This document shows, piece after piece, positions 10,256 through 21,700 of a stretch of DNA of 64,000 bases. The stretch is from an archaeon. Its GTDB lineage: Archaea > Nanobdellota > Nanobdellia > Woesearchaeales > GW2011-AR15. Both the position numbers and the translations under genes were made by a program. The stretch spans positions 43,067 through 107,066 of the forward strand of contig JABHXU010000017.1 in the NCBI GenBank assembly GCA_018657065.1, read 5' to 3'. Positions within the stretch are counted from its first letter, which is position 1. The number at the start of each line of letters is the position of its first letter. The notes beneath the pieces were generated by a model. The model saw only the letters and a list, made by a program, of their open reading frames with translations. It was not told the DNA's origin and did not search any database.

Positions 10256-10466
10256 TAAAATAAGGATTTAACTACAAAAGTAATTAAGTATTTTTTAATT
10301 TTTGTACCCAAAAAAACATTTTTAAACATGATAATTCTTACTTCTTTTAGATTACCTTGATATAATACTTAATCTTGATGTTTTTAATAATGTTTTTTTT
10401 TTCAAAATTTTAATATATTATCTAGAATTTTTGATAAATTAAAAAAAAGAATTAAAAACTTTTTAA

Positions 10467-11513
10467 TTATAATGTTGCAAGTTCAACATTATTAAATTTT
10501 CTTTTATAATATTGCATATAATTTACTTTTCTTTCTATTGCATTTAATACTACTTTAGTAAAATTAAGTCCTTCAAGTTTACTAGCAGTACCTAGACCAC
10601 CAGGAGTAAAGACATTAATTTCTAAAATTTTAGTTCCAACAATATCTAAACCTACAAAAAACATTCCATCTTGAACTAATTTAGGTCTAACCATCTCAGC
10701 AATTTTTAACATTTCTGGAGTTACCGTAGCTGGAGCAATAGTTCCACCTGCGTGAATATTACTTCTTAAATCATCTGGGGAACGAATTCTTCTTGCTGCA
10801 GCATATTTACCTCTATGTTTAAGAGGAACACCATTAACTAGGAAAAGTCTAGTGTCACCTTCAGCTGCTTCTGGAACATATTCTTGAGCAATAACATATC
10901 CTGCTCTACTAACAGTGTCAATAATCTGATTAATATTAGAAATATCTGTTTTTTCAAGTAAAAAAACATTTTGTCCACCAGATCCTGAAATAGGTTTTAC
11001 AACAATTTTTTCAAATTTTTTTGCAAATGCTTTGATTTCCTCTCTATTTCTAGTTATTAAGGTTTTAGGTCTAAGTTCTTCAGGAAATTCTTGAGAATAT
11101 AATTTGTTACTTGCTTTAGATAATCCATTTGGATCATTTAAAACAATCACACCGTGTTTTGTTGCAATTCTTCCAAAATTTATACCAACATTTCTAGCCC
11201 ATGCTCTATTTGATTGTTCAGAAGCAGGATCATTCCTAAGCATCAGAACATCAAGCTGATCAATAGATATTCTTTCAATAATATGTTTTTTTGGATCTTT
11301 TAAATCTTTTAAATGTACATCAAGAGATTTGTACTTTTTACCTTTAACTTTTCTAGCGTGTGCTTTTATTAGATCATCTACATCATATGAAAGTCCACCA
11401 ACATCCATAATCCATACATCGTGGCCTGCATTAATTGCAGCTTGTGATAATCTCATTGTAGTGTATCTAGGACGTTCTGTTTCAAAATCATTTATTAAAA
11501 AACCTATTTTCAT
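10467..11513 (-). CDS. gshB: Glutathione synthetase-like ATP-grasp ligase
   Basis: Aligns by eye along the whole length with E. coli GshB: MLRNDP vs LMRKDPP; LITRNREEIKAFAKKFEKIVVKPISGSGGQNVF vs LVTRNKAQLKAFWEKHSDIILKPLDGMGGASIF; RLFLVNGVPL; NIHAGGT; FFVGLDIVGTKILEINVFTPGG vs IFVGLDIIGDRLTEINVTSP. Confidence 0.75.
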   Translation of the reverse strand: MKIGFLINDFETERPRYTTMRLSQAAINAGHDVWIMDVGGLSYDVDDLIKAHARKVKGKKYKSLDVHLKDLKDPKKHIIERISIDQLDVLMLRNDPASEQSNRAWARNVGINFGRIATKHGVIVLNDPNGLSKASNKLYSQEFPEELRPKTLITRNREEIKAFAKKFEKIVVKPISGSGGQNVFLLEKTDISNINQIIDTVSRAGYVIAQEYVPEAAEGDTRLFLVNGVPLKHRGKYAAARRIRSPDDLRSNIHAGGTIAPATVTPEMLKIAEMVRPKLVQDGMFFVGLDIVGTKILEINVFTPGGLGTASKLEGLNFTKVVLNAIERKVNYMQYYKRKFNNVELATL

Positions 11514-11517
11514 TTTT

Positions 11518-12590
11518 TCACCTATATGTTTTATTAAAGTAGTAGGATTCTTGATGTAATTTCAAAAATATTTTACTTGGGTCATTTAAACTTGGGATAT
11601 TCATTATTGTATTAATTTGTTTAATGTTTATTTTTCCATAATGTAAAAGATGCAAACAACTTGCATTTTGGATGAAATTTTTTACATCTATATAACCTTT
11701 TAGGTAAACATAGTCTTTTGTAAATGCTCCAGGTTTAGAAGTATTACATAATCCTCGTTTAGCACGTAGAGTCATAAGCCAAGAACTTTCTTTTGAAAAA
11801 TAATTTAATAACTCATTATATGTTTCTCTAAAACTAGTATTTAATGCATAATGAACAGCAAGAACACGTCCAGCATATCCTTTTAAAACTCGTTTGGATA
11901 ATCCACCAATTTTTTTTCTTTATATAAAGCAAGGCCTTCTTCAGTTGATTCATATTTAGCAAAACCAATTGAAAACATTTTATAAGGTTGCATTTCTCCA
12001 CAAACAGATCTTAAAACATGTCCATATATTTCATGAGCTATTAATCTATCAACTTGTATTTTTGTAAACATATCATTTTTTTTAATATAGACTGTTTTGT
12101 TTGTTGGGTTTACCATAGCTTTTGCTAAAATTGGTGCTTCAAGAACTGTCCATTTATTTGAAAATAAAGAAATTTCATTTAAAAACAATTTTTGAACAAC
12201 AGAACTAGGTATTGAACCTTTAGTAGTTTCACGGGTTTTGCTTGGAACTCTAGTGATATAGATTTTTGCTTTTTCAATTAATTTTTCATTAGGAAAACCA
12301 TATGCTCTCTTTGAAAAATTAGTAAATTTTTTTGTACCCAAGAATTTTCGCATTAATAATTGTGCTCTTAATTCTTTTCCTTTGGCTTTCATAAGTTGAT
12401 CAATAGGTCTATATCCATAAGAAATGCTTTTTAATAATTTAAATGAATATTTAACTGGATTATAGGTGAATTGTGGGTTGTATGTTTTTGAAGCAAAAAA
12501 TTTAGATTTTTCACTATTTAAATTAGATGGATTAAAATGTTTTAAATCAATTGTTCTTGAAATTTTTGCAAGTTTTTTATCTGCTATCAT
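11518..12590 (-). pseudogene. DUF1704 / QEGLA-motif HExxH metallopeptidase-like gene, split by a frameshift in a T8/A8 homopolymer (11910-11917)
   Basis: N-terminal ORF 11883-12590 carries IAHEIYGHVL (HExxH) and TEEGLALY (QEGLA-like), then ends. The C-terminal continuation (…KGYAGRVLAVHYALNTSFRETYNELL… then ORF 11518-11775) is in the +1 frame. One additional A in the A8 run would fuse them into about 360 aa. Confidence 0.65.
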
Positions 12591-13069
12591 TTATTTGACT
12601 ACCTTGTTATTTTCAATATGTTCTAATGAACTTTAGTTTTAATATTTATTGTTTATTTTTAGTAACGAAAATATAATATGATGTTTAATGAAATAGAATT
12701 TTTTATAATAAGAAAGTTTAATTTATTTTTCTATTGATTAAATATTTAAATAGGCTAAGTAAATATGAATTTATGGTACTTATTAATTTTCTAAGAAAAC
12801 TTGGTATTTTTAGATTTGGTATGAAGAAAGGTAAATATACTAATGGAAAAAATAGACCTACGGAATTTCAAATGAATAGTGTTTATGATGAAAAAAAAGA
12901 TTTAATTAGTTCTAAAAAATAATTTTTCAAATAAATCATACATAAAATACCTTTAATTTTAGCATAACTGTTTTTTTTTGAATTATATAATGTTGAGGAT
13001 AAATATTTGAAAATCAATCTAGAATTTTTTTTATAATCTTTATATATACATTGCACTTAATCTTTTTTT

Positions 13070-13585
13070 ATGAATTATGTTTCACTATCAGATCTAACAA
13101 AATTAGTTAATGAGAAAGATAGTGAAAGAATCATAGATATTTTGATAAATTTTAAAGAACGCTGGAATGAGCTTATTCCTAAGTTAAAAGAAAAACAAGA
13201 AGTAAAACTTCAAGGATTAAATCTAAAAAACAGTGGGCTCTCGGGATTGGATTTATCAGATATAATTTTAGCAGATACAGATCTATCAGGATCAGATTTA
13301 TCAAATACTGATTTAAGTAATACGATAATTTCAAGAACAAATTTTTCAAATTCAAATATGTCAAATTCAAATTTATATTCTGCAAGAATTACACAAACAA
13401 ATTTTTCAGGTGCAAAAGTGTATAACGTTAAAATGCTTAATACTGTGATGACCGGAAGTGTAAATTTATTTGGAGTATACGATAGTGAACCTGAATATGA
13501 TACACATCCAGATAAAACTAAAGAAGGATTTATTTTACTTGAGGCATTGGAGCATTCTGGCGAGGAAGAATCAAACTATTACTAA
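13070..13585 (+). CDS. Pentapeptide-repeat protein
   Basis: LQGLNLKNSGLSGLDLSDIILADTDLSGSDLSNTDLSNTIISRTNFSNSNMSNSNLYSARITQTNFSGAKV shows consecutive A(D/N)LSx pentapeptides. Confidence 0.7.
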   Translation: MNYVSLSDLTKLVNEKDSERIIDILINFKERWNELIPKLKEKQEVKLQGLNLKNSGLSGLDLSDIILADTDLSGSDLSNTDLSNTIISRTNFSNSNMSNSNLYSARITQTNFSGAKVYNVKMLNTVMTGSVNLFGVYDSEPEYDTHPDKTKEGFILLEALEHSGEEESNYY

Positions 13586-13656
13586 TTCTTTTTTCGATAT
13601 AAATAAATATTACTTCTTCTCTCAAATTATTTAAGATATTTAGGGGTGAAGTTATT

Positions 13657-16600
13657 TTGAGGAAAAAAACACTATTAATTCTTTCGATTTTTTTGATATT
13701 ATTATTACAACTAACTTATGCTCAATATTTTGGTGGAGAGTGGAATGAAGGTGATTGTAAAAGCACAAAAGATCCATTGTATCTGGAAATGCCTAACACC
13801 ATTCACGCAATGATTCCAACAACTGTTAAAGTATATATCAATGATCCAATTGTCAAAGAACATGCACAGTATGTAGAGATTTTTGCAGGAAATTCCCATG
13901 TATATTCACTTTCTGGAAATGAGTTTTCAAGAAGTTCAGGTGGTAATTTTAGAGAGACTATGAAATATAATGGAGAAGATACAATAGAATTTGGTTTTAG
14001 ACCTCAAGACAGAGTTGGATTGTCTTCATCAGTAATAGTAACTTTCTACATAGTAAAAGAATCACCTGGATTAGAATGGCCAGATACAAGTGATGAAGAA
14101 TCTCCTTTTTACCAATATGGATGTCATCATGAAAGAAATAGTATAATGTGTAATAAAGAAGATGGTTGTATGATTTGTCATCATTCTATAGGACAAGTTA
14201 GTAAAGACTTTATAATGAGCGATACTGATGAAACAGTATCAATTCCAGATAGATTGGATTTTATAGATGAAAAAACAGAAAATAATTATCAGTCTGTAGC
14301 CTCTCAATATTTATCTTATAATGAGAAAAAAAAGTATATAAGTGAACAAGGAGACGAATATGAATCAAGTGATATTTACAAAATTGAACTTACAACACAG
14401 GAACTTTGGGATACATTTGAAGTATATAAAGAAAATGATCTTGATGGATATATCGGTCCAAAAGATAATATAAAAAATACTGACGTTACTACTAATGATC
14501 TTTCAGCGAGTGGTTCTGAGCTTACTGGGAAAGCATATGAAATGGTTTATAATGGACCGCTCAATCCACAGAACGGAGCTGACTTTATAGATATTTATTA
14601 TCAATTATTTGCTGAGATGTCGCCAAAAGGAAGCGGAGTTATGATAGTTAAAGCAACTAGACAAACAGTTTTTGAAAAAGGCACAGGTTCAAAAGCAGAA
14701 CTTAATGCAGTCAGAAGCGATGTTCTAAATATGCTCTCAAGCTACAAATTATCAAAAGGTAAAGTTATTGATAATAAAGATTATGATTATTTTTCTTTTA
14801 AATGGTATGTAAAAGGAGAATCTAAAGAAGAAGAAACAACTGAAGAATATTATGTAGCTGGTCATATTAGTGATTATTATGATCACCCATTATCTTATAT
14901 GAAGATAATAGCAAAAGTAGATAATATTGAATATGAAGGATACACTGATGACGAAGGAGTTTACATGATACCATTAACAGGACTAGAACTTAAAGAAGGT
15001 GAAGAAAAAGATGTTGCTTTATTTGCAATGTTTGATTATTATAGAAACGGCAATAATTATTTTGATACTTATTTTAGAAAGCCTAATGGCCAATATAGTC
15101 AAGTAATTGCATATAAAAAAGATAAATTAGTCTATGGAGAACATTTACAAATTGATTTTAGAATGGATGGTGAAGGAAACTTTTTTACTTCATTTGCTAG
15201 TAAAGCCGATATAAAACATTATTCACTTATTTATTTTCATACAGCTGAAGCAGTAGAATTTGTGTTAAGTACATTAAAGGAAGATATGGATTATAAACTT
15301 CCAGTAACAATTTATGTAGGAAATCAACATAAAAAAACATTGTATTCACCAGGAGATTCAAGGATTCTTATATCAGCTGCTCAAACCTCTCTTTCTGATT
15401 CAAATAGGCCTGACAATCGTGAATACCATGAATTCATGCATGCGCTTATGTATGATATATACAATGCATGGCCAGCAGGAAGAATGGAACCAGGTGTTAA
15501 GAATCATGATGGTTTTTTGAATAACAATACAGCAGATTCTTATTTGGAAGGTTTTGCAGAGTTTATGTCACTAGTTATATCTGATTATAATAAAGAACCA
15601 AGTCCTAGCATTTATGCAGGTTTTGGAAGTATGGAAAAAAATTATAAACCTTGGGATGGTAGAGGGATGGATGAAGAATTTGCTGTTGCATCCTTGTTAT
15701 GGGATATTTACGATGATAGAAACGAAAACGGAGATTCAATTACATTAACTTTGGATGAAATCTGGTCTGTTTTGAAAGTTAAAAGAAAGGATTTTTATGA
15801 ATACTATAAAGCATTTAAGGCAGAATTTCCTAAACAAGCAGATGCATTTGATGAATTATTTAAAATGCATGGATTTTTTTATGATACAAGAGCAGGGAAT
15901 AGTAAATATGATCTAGGTGAACCATGGAAATATACAAATGCTCAAAAAACTCAGTATAGATTCATTGATCTTTCAGGTAATATTTCACTAACAAAAACAA
16001 TTAATTATCAGCCTGGGTTCATTATAGGAAAAGCAGCAAATTACGATCGTCCGGATAGATCATCAGCAGTTAGAATTCCAAATGCATTTTTAAAAGTGAA
16101 AGATGATGAAGTTGATTTTTATACAATTAAGGTTATACATAAAGATAGTAGTCTTGACTATGAATATTTTATTGAAAGAGCTGAAGGAAAAATCTATATT
16201 CAACCATTACCTTTGGATGACAATGTTGAAATAATTGTAACTCCTATGTCAAAGGATTATAAATCTGAAAATATTTTTAGTATTAATAGTCAAGATATGA
16301 ATGAGATTATTTCTTCTGATAAAGAATTTGATGGATTTTTTGCAGAACATGATTTTGATTTAAAATCAACAGGTAATAATGTTGATGACAAATATATTTT
16401 ATTTGATGATACAGTTCCTTCTTATGAATATGAAGGAGATTTAGGTGAAGAATATGAAATTAAAGAATCAAAAAATAAAGGATTATCTGGGATAAACTCT
16501 GAACCAGGTTTTAAGTTTTCTTTTGGCAAATTTTTTTGGTTCATTATATTTGCAGCATTTGGATACTTTTATGTTGCAAAACCAATTATTAGAAAAAAAG

Positions 16601-16848
16601 CAAATAATATTTTTAAAAAAATAATTGATTTGATAGCAAAAGGAATTAAGTGGTTCATAAAATTTGGTATTCCTTTTATTGTTAAGATAATTAAATGGAT
16701 TGTTAGAGGAATAGTAAAATTATTCAAATTGGTTTTTCATCATAGTAAAAAAGCATATCATAAAGCAAAACCGCATGTTAAATCTGCGCATAAAAACTTA
16801 AAGAAAAAAGTAACTGATATGAAAAGTACTAAAAGGAAAAAGAATTAA
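13657..16848 (+). CDS. Large secreted zinc metallopeptidase (HExxH) with C-terminal TM anchor and highly cationic amphipathic tail
   Basis: Signal peptide MRKKTLLILSIFLILLLQLTYAQ. HEFMHALMYD (HExxH) with a downstream EGFAEFMS (candidate third-ligand Glu). C-terminal FWFIIFAAFGYFYV TM, then a K/R/H-rich helix-prone tail (KKIIDLIAKGIKWFIKFGIPFIVKIIKWIVRGIVKLFKLVFHHSKK...). Confidence 0.65.
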   Translation: MRKKTLLILSIFLILLLQLTYAQYFGGEWNEGDCKSTKDPLYLEMPNTIHAMIPTTVKVYINDPIVKEHAQYVEIFAGNSHVYSLSGNEFSRSSGGNFRETMKYNGEDTIEFGFRPQDRVGLSSSVIVTFYIVKESPGLEWPDTSDEESPFYQYGCHHERNSIMCNKEDGCMICHHSIGQVSKDFIMSDTDETVSIPDRLDFIDEKTENNYQSVASQYLSYNEKKKYISEQGDEYESSDIYKIELTTQELWDTFEVYKENDLDGYIGPKDNIKNTDVTTNDLSASGSELTGKAYEMVYNGPLNPQNGADFIDIYYQLFAEMSPKGSGVMIVKATRQTVFEKGTGSKAELNAVRSDVLNMLSSYKLSKGKVIDNKDYDYFSFKWYVKGESKEEETTEEYYVAGHISDYYDHPLSYMKIIAKVDNIEYEGYTDDEGVYMIPLTGLELKEGEEKDVALFAMFDYYRNGNNYFDTYFRKPNGQYSQVIAYKKDKLVYGEHLQIDFRMDGEGNFFTSFASKADIKHYSLIYFHTAEAVEFVLSTLKEDMDYKLPVTIYVGNQHKKTLYSPGDSRILISAAQTSLSDSNRPDNREYHEFMHALMYDIYNAWPAGRMEPGVKNHDGFLNNNTADSYLEGFAEFMSLVISDYNKEPSPSIYAGFGSMEKNYKPWDGRGMDEEFAVASLLWDIYDDRNENGDSITLTLDEIWSVLKVKRKDFYEYYKAFKAEFPKQADAFDELFKMHGFFYDTRAGNSKYDLGEPWKYTNAQKTQYRFIDLSGNISLTKTINYQPGFIIGKAANYDRPDRSSAVRIPNAFLKVKDDEVDFYTIKVIHKDSSLDYEYFIERAEGKIYIQPLPLDDNVEIIVTPMSKDYKSENIFSINSQDMNEIISSDKEFDGFFAEHDFDLKSTGNNVDDKYILFDDTVPSYEYEGDLGEEYEIKESKNKGLSGINSEPGFKFSFGKFFWFIIFAAFGYFYVAKPIIRKKANNIFKKIIDLIAKGIKWFIKFGIPFIVKIIKWIVRGIVKLFKLVFHHSKKAYHKAKPHVKSAHKNLKKKVTDMKSTKRKKN

Positions 16849-16940
16849 TTTTTTTTTTGATTTATTCTAATAAGACTCCTACTTAGATTTAATTGATAAA
16901 TATCTAAAAATTTATATTCTAATTATATTCTAAAAATTAT

Positions 16941-17129
16941 ATGGAACTAACACCAGAATTACTCGGAAACAGTTTTGTCATTATGTTAATAACTTATATG
17001 ATCGCTTTTGGGTTTCAAATATTTATGATGTATTTGAACTGGAAACAATCTAGAGTTAATAATCAAATGGATGAACTAATTAATGAAGTAAAAGAAATTA
17101 AAAAAGAAATTAAAAAAATGAAAAAGTAA
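16941..17129 (+). CDS. Small membrane protein (1 TM + K/E-rich helix)
   Basis: 62 aa; hydrophobic helix VIMLITYMIAFGFQIFMMYL, then a charged coiled segment. Confidence 0.3.
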   Translation: MELTPELLGNSFVIMLITYMIAFGFQIFMMYLNWKQSRVNNQMDELINEVKEIKKEIKKMKK

Positions 17130-17132
17130 TTT

Positions 17133-17820
17133 TTATACTTTTTCTCCTTTATTTAAACCAAGTAGAAATTGCCATAATGGTTCTTTTTTAGGCACTTTAC
17201 GTTCTTTTTCCACTTCGCTTTTCTCTACAACTGTTTTTGTTACTGTTTTATCTTCAAAGACTTCTTCATAATTACATTCAGGTGTTGTAGGTCCTTTAAC
17301 AAGTGTATATTCTCCTTTAACAGTGTCTCCAGATTTACAAATATCACTTGTGAATTCATATATGTATGATGTTCCTGATTGAATTTCAACTTCTTGTTCT
17401 TCAACAGGGAAATTTTTTCCATTTACATTAAACGTATATTTGTAAGTCCATTTTCCAGATGTATCAGCCATATTAGTGATTTTTATTTCAGCGTAACATC
17501 TATGATCTTTACCATAGGGATCAACAAATGGTGACAATGGGTGAGGTTCTTCTCTAACCTCTGCAGGTAAATCTACACATACTTCTTTTTCACCTAATGA
17601 AACTTTTTCAATCTCTTGTTTTTCTACTTGCGTTTCTACTATTTCAGTGTATGTTTCTAATGCTTCATAAGGAACTCTGATTGCAACTAGTAATAGTAGT
17701 ATTGCAATGAAAATAACAGGTACTGAAACTTTAGCTTTTAGATGATCATGAACTGTTTTTTTAGTTTCAGGTTTTTTTTCTTTTGTAGTTTTTGTACTGG
17801 ATTTCTTTTTTTTTTGCCAT
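17133..17820 (-). CDS. Signal-anchored (type II) membrane protein with Cys-containing extracellular domain; 5' end disrupted by a frameshift at an A10/T10 tract
   Basis: The track ORF (17133-17537) begins at a TTG. The same frame is open about 280 nt further upstream and encodes a Lys-rich N-terminus plus TM helix VSVPVIFIAILLLLVAIRV. An ATG at 17818-17820 sits one nucleotide out of frame; the T10 run is at 17806-17815. Confidence 0.5.
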
Positions 17821-18010
17821 GAATAGGACCTCCTCTTAAGATAAATATTACTTATTAGTTATATAAATTTTATTATTAATTTTAGTTAATATTGAAGTTT
17901 AACTCCAGTATATCTTTAGTAAAATATATAAGTAAATATATATTTCGCAAATTATATTTTGAAGTTCGAAAGACAAATTATTTAAACCCAAAATATTTTA
18001 GGTAAGTCAT

Positions 18011-18289
18011 ATGGCAAAAGTAGATATTTTCAATGTATTATTTAGGGAAAAACCAGCTAACATGTTAGTTGAAATGAGAAGAAATTCTAAAAAAGAAATC
18101 TATGCTTCTAATTTAGCTAAAACAGTAGATTGTACATATTCTCATGTTGTAAAAATTTTGCAGCAAATGCAAAAAGCAGGTTTAGTTAACTTTGATAAAC
18201 AAGGAAGATTAAAACTTTTAACCTTAACAAAAAAAGGTGAAGACGTAGCAAGCCATATTGACAAAGTTTTAACAATTCTTAATGAGTAG
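18011..18289 (+). CDS. Winged-helix transcriptional regulator (MarR/TrmB-like wHTH)
   Basis: 92 aa; ...IYASNLAKTVDCTYSHVVKILQQMQKAGLVNFDKQGR... fits an HTH recognition helix plus wing. Confidence 0.55.
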   Translation: MAKVDIFNVLFREKPANMLVEMRRNSKKEIYASNLAKTVDCTYSHVVKILQQMQKAGLVNFDKQGRLKLLTLTKKGEDVASHIDKVLTILNE

Positions 18290-18740
18290 AAAATACATGT
18301 TACTACTTTAAAATGCTCTTTTAACGAAACATTTAAATATAAACTGCCTATTTCTACATAATCAGGTAATACTTTGTGGGTATTATTTCAACGGGGGTAG
18401 TTAACGTTTATTAACAATTAACAACGTGATTATTCTCTATGCAAATCGTGGTGAAATTTGCATCCTAAAAAAAAGAGGTTCTTAACTAAAAAAGAGTGTG
18501 ACATAATAGATTAAAGTATAGTAACGCAACTGAAAAATCAAACAGCGTTACTAATAAGCAAAAAAATTTGCTAAATAAACTTTAGACTGATGTCGGGGTG
18601 AAACTCATATATAATTAGGGGGTGTAGAAGATTTACACATTCTTTCAACACTTGATGGATATTCAAGTAGAATTGAAATAGCAACCTATGAAAGGGGTGC
18701 TCAGTTAAAAGATAATTCAATTACTAATGAGAGAATTGTT

Positions 18741-21700
18741 ATGTTTGGCGCTGACGAAGCAACTTATTGGTCAGATGAAACAGAATTATTTTTTGAAAGA
18801 TCAGTAGTTTGGTTAACAGAATTTGTAGATACAGATGGTGACGGAACACCAGACTTCGAAGATAATTGTCCTTGTTCATATAATCCAGGTCAAGAAGATG
18901 CAGATGGAGATGGACTAGGAGATATTTGTGATAATTGTCCAGTTAATTATAATCCAAATCAAGCAGACAATGATGGAGATACATTAGGAAATGTTTGTGA
19001 TATCTGTCCAGATGACACAGGTAATGATGCAGATAGTGATGGTTTTTGTTACCCAGTTGATTGTGTCGACACAGATAATACTATTTATCCAGGTGCGGAT
19101 GAAACTGTTTGTAATGGAATAGATAATGATTGTGATATCCTTTTAGATGAAGATTACGAAGAGGTTTCTTGTGGAGAGGGTGATTGTTCTGGAATGACTT
19201 CTTGCGAATTTGGTGAAATTTTTTGTAAAAATCAAGAAATAAATCAAGCAGGAAGTGATTGTGGAACTTGTTGTCAATGTGAAAATGATAATGATCCTCA
19301 AGAAGTATATGATGGAGCTCAAGATTTAGATTGTTCAGGTAATAATTTGCCTGGAATTTCAACTTGTAATAGTGATCCAGATAATAATCCAATGACATAT
19401 GATACTGCTGTTGGTTTTATTAGTGAATGCAGTGCAATTGATGTGTGTACAGAGGGAGAATATGAATTTAATCATGAATGTGATGTAGACTCTTGTGATG
19501 CAGAATGTGAAGATGGAAATTTCGAAGATGGAGATGGATGTAGTTCATCTTGTATTTTAGAAATTTGTGGAGATAATATTTTACATGAAACATTAGGAGA
19601 AGAATGCGACGATGGTAATACAGTCGATTTAGATGGTTGTGATGCAAGTTGTGTTATTGAATACTGTGGAGACGGTATTGATAATGATGCAGACAATGAA
19701 GAATGTGATGATGGTAATGATGTCGATGACGATGCATGTTCAAATTTATGTGTAACTAATTACTGTGGGGATTCAATCACTAATAATGGTGAAGAATGTG
19801 ATGATGGTAATAACGCAGACGGAGATGGATGTTCCGCATTATGTTTAGATGAATATTGTGGAGACGGTATTGACAATGATGCAGACAATGAAGAATGTGA
19901 TGATGGTAATGACGTAGATGACGATGCATGTTCAAACTTATGTGTAACTAATTACTGTGGGGATTCAATCACTAATAATGGTGAAGAATGTGATGATGGT
20001 AATAACGCAGACGGAGATGGATGTTCCGCATTATGTTTAGATGAATATTGCGGAGATGGAATACCTCAACCAGGTGAACAATGTGATGATGGTAATAATG
20101 TTAATGGAGATGGATGTGACAGTTTATGTGTTTCAGAAGTTTGTGGGAATGGTATACCTCAATTTGGTGAAGTTTGTGATGATGGTAATTTAGATGATAC
20201 AGATGCATGTTTAAGTGATTGTACGGCACCAGTTTGTGGTGATAGTATTGTATGGTTTGGCCATGAAGAATGTGATGATGGTGCAAATGGGATTGATACT
20301 GATGAATGTACAGATTCATGTACTTTAACTTATTGTGGAGATCAAACTCTTCAAATTTGGAATGGAAATAATGAAGTTGAAGAATGTGATGATGGTGCAG
20401 ATGGAGATGATACAAATACTTGTTATGATGATTGTTCATTTACATATTGTGGAGATTCTATAGTTCAAGATCCAAATGGATACGGAGTTAGTGAAGTTTG
20501 TGATGGCAATTCAATAGTTTGTGAAAACTTTGAAGGATATGCAGGAACAAGAGAATGTCAAAGTTCATGTAGAGGATTCGAAGATTGTCACACTGATGAA
20601 TATTGTGGAGATTCAATTACAAATGGATTAGAAGAATGTGATGATGGTAATAATGTTAATAATGATGGATGTGATGCATTTTGTGTCATTGAATATTGTG
20701 GAGATTCAATTACAAACGGATTAGAAGAATGTGATGATGGAAACAATGATGATGGTGATGGATGTGACGCAAGTTGTTATGACGAAATTTGTGGAAATAA
20801 TATATTGCAATTTGGTGAACAATGTGATGATGGAAACAATGATGATGAAGATGGATGTTCTTCTCAATGTGTTATTGAGTCATGTGGAGACACAATTGTT
20901 CAACTTGGATTAGGTGAAGAATGTGATGATGGTCAAGGAGATAACACTGATTCATGTCTAGATACATGTATGGACGCTGAGTGCGGAGATACATTTGTAT
21001 GGGATGGACAAGAAGAATGTGATGACGGAAACACAATCGATTTAGACGGTTGTGATGCAAGTTGTGTTATTGAATACTGTGGAGACGGAATAATCAATAA
21101 TGTTAATGAAATCTGTGACGAAGGTATTGATAATGGAGAACCTCTTCATTGTGACGCAGAATGTGGTGGAATAACTCTTCCAGTTTGTGGAAACTCTTAT
21201 CTTGAAGAAGGAGAGGAATGTGATGATAGTAATGTAGAAAATAATGACGGTTGTAATTCCGTTTGTGTCCTAGAAATATGTGGTGATGGAATTGTTCAGG
21301 ATGGTATTGGCGAAGAATGTGAATACGATAACCAATGTAATGATCAAGATTATCATACTGCAGACTATTGTGTAGAATGTGGTTGTGAAAATCCAATTAT
21401 TTGTGAAGATGAATGTCTTCCAACTAGTGAAGATATTTGTTCAGAGGATAGTGACTCAATCTTAGAATGTAGAAATGATTTTGATTCAGATCCATGTTAC
21501 GAATATGGTCCTAAATATGATTGTACAAATAACGAAGCATGTACAGTTATAGATCTAGATGAAGCATATTGTGGATCTTGCCAAACAAATTGTGGAGGAA
21601 AATGTTATTACACTCAAACAATTTATGGTGAATGGTCATGCGGCGAAGGAGATTGTTTATACACACCAGTAATTGAGTTTATTGACATTGATAATGATTA

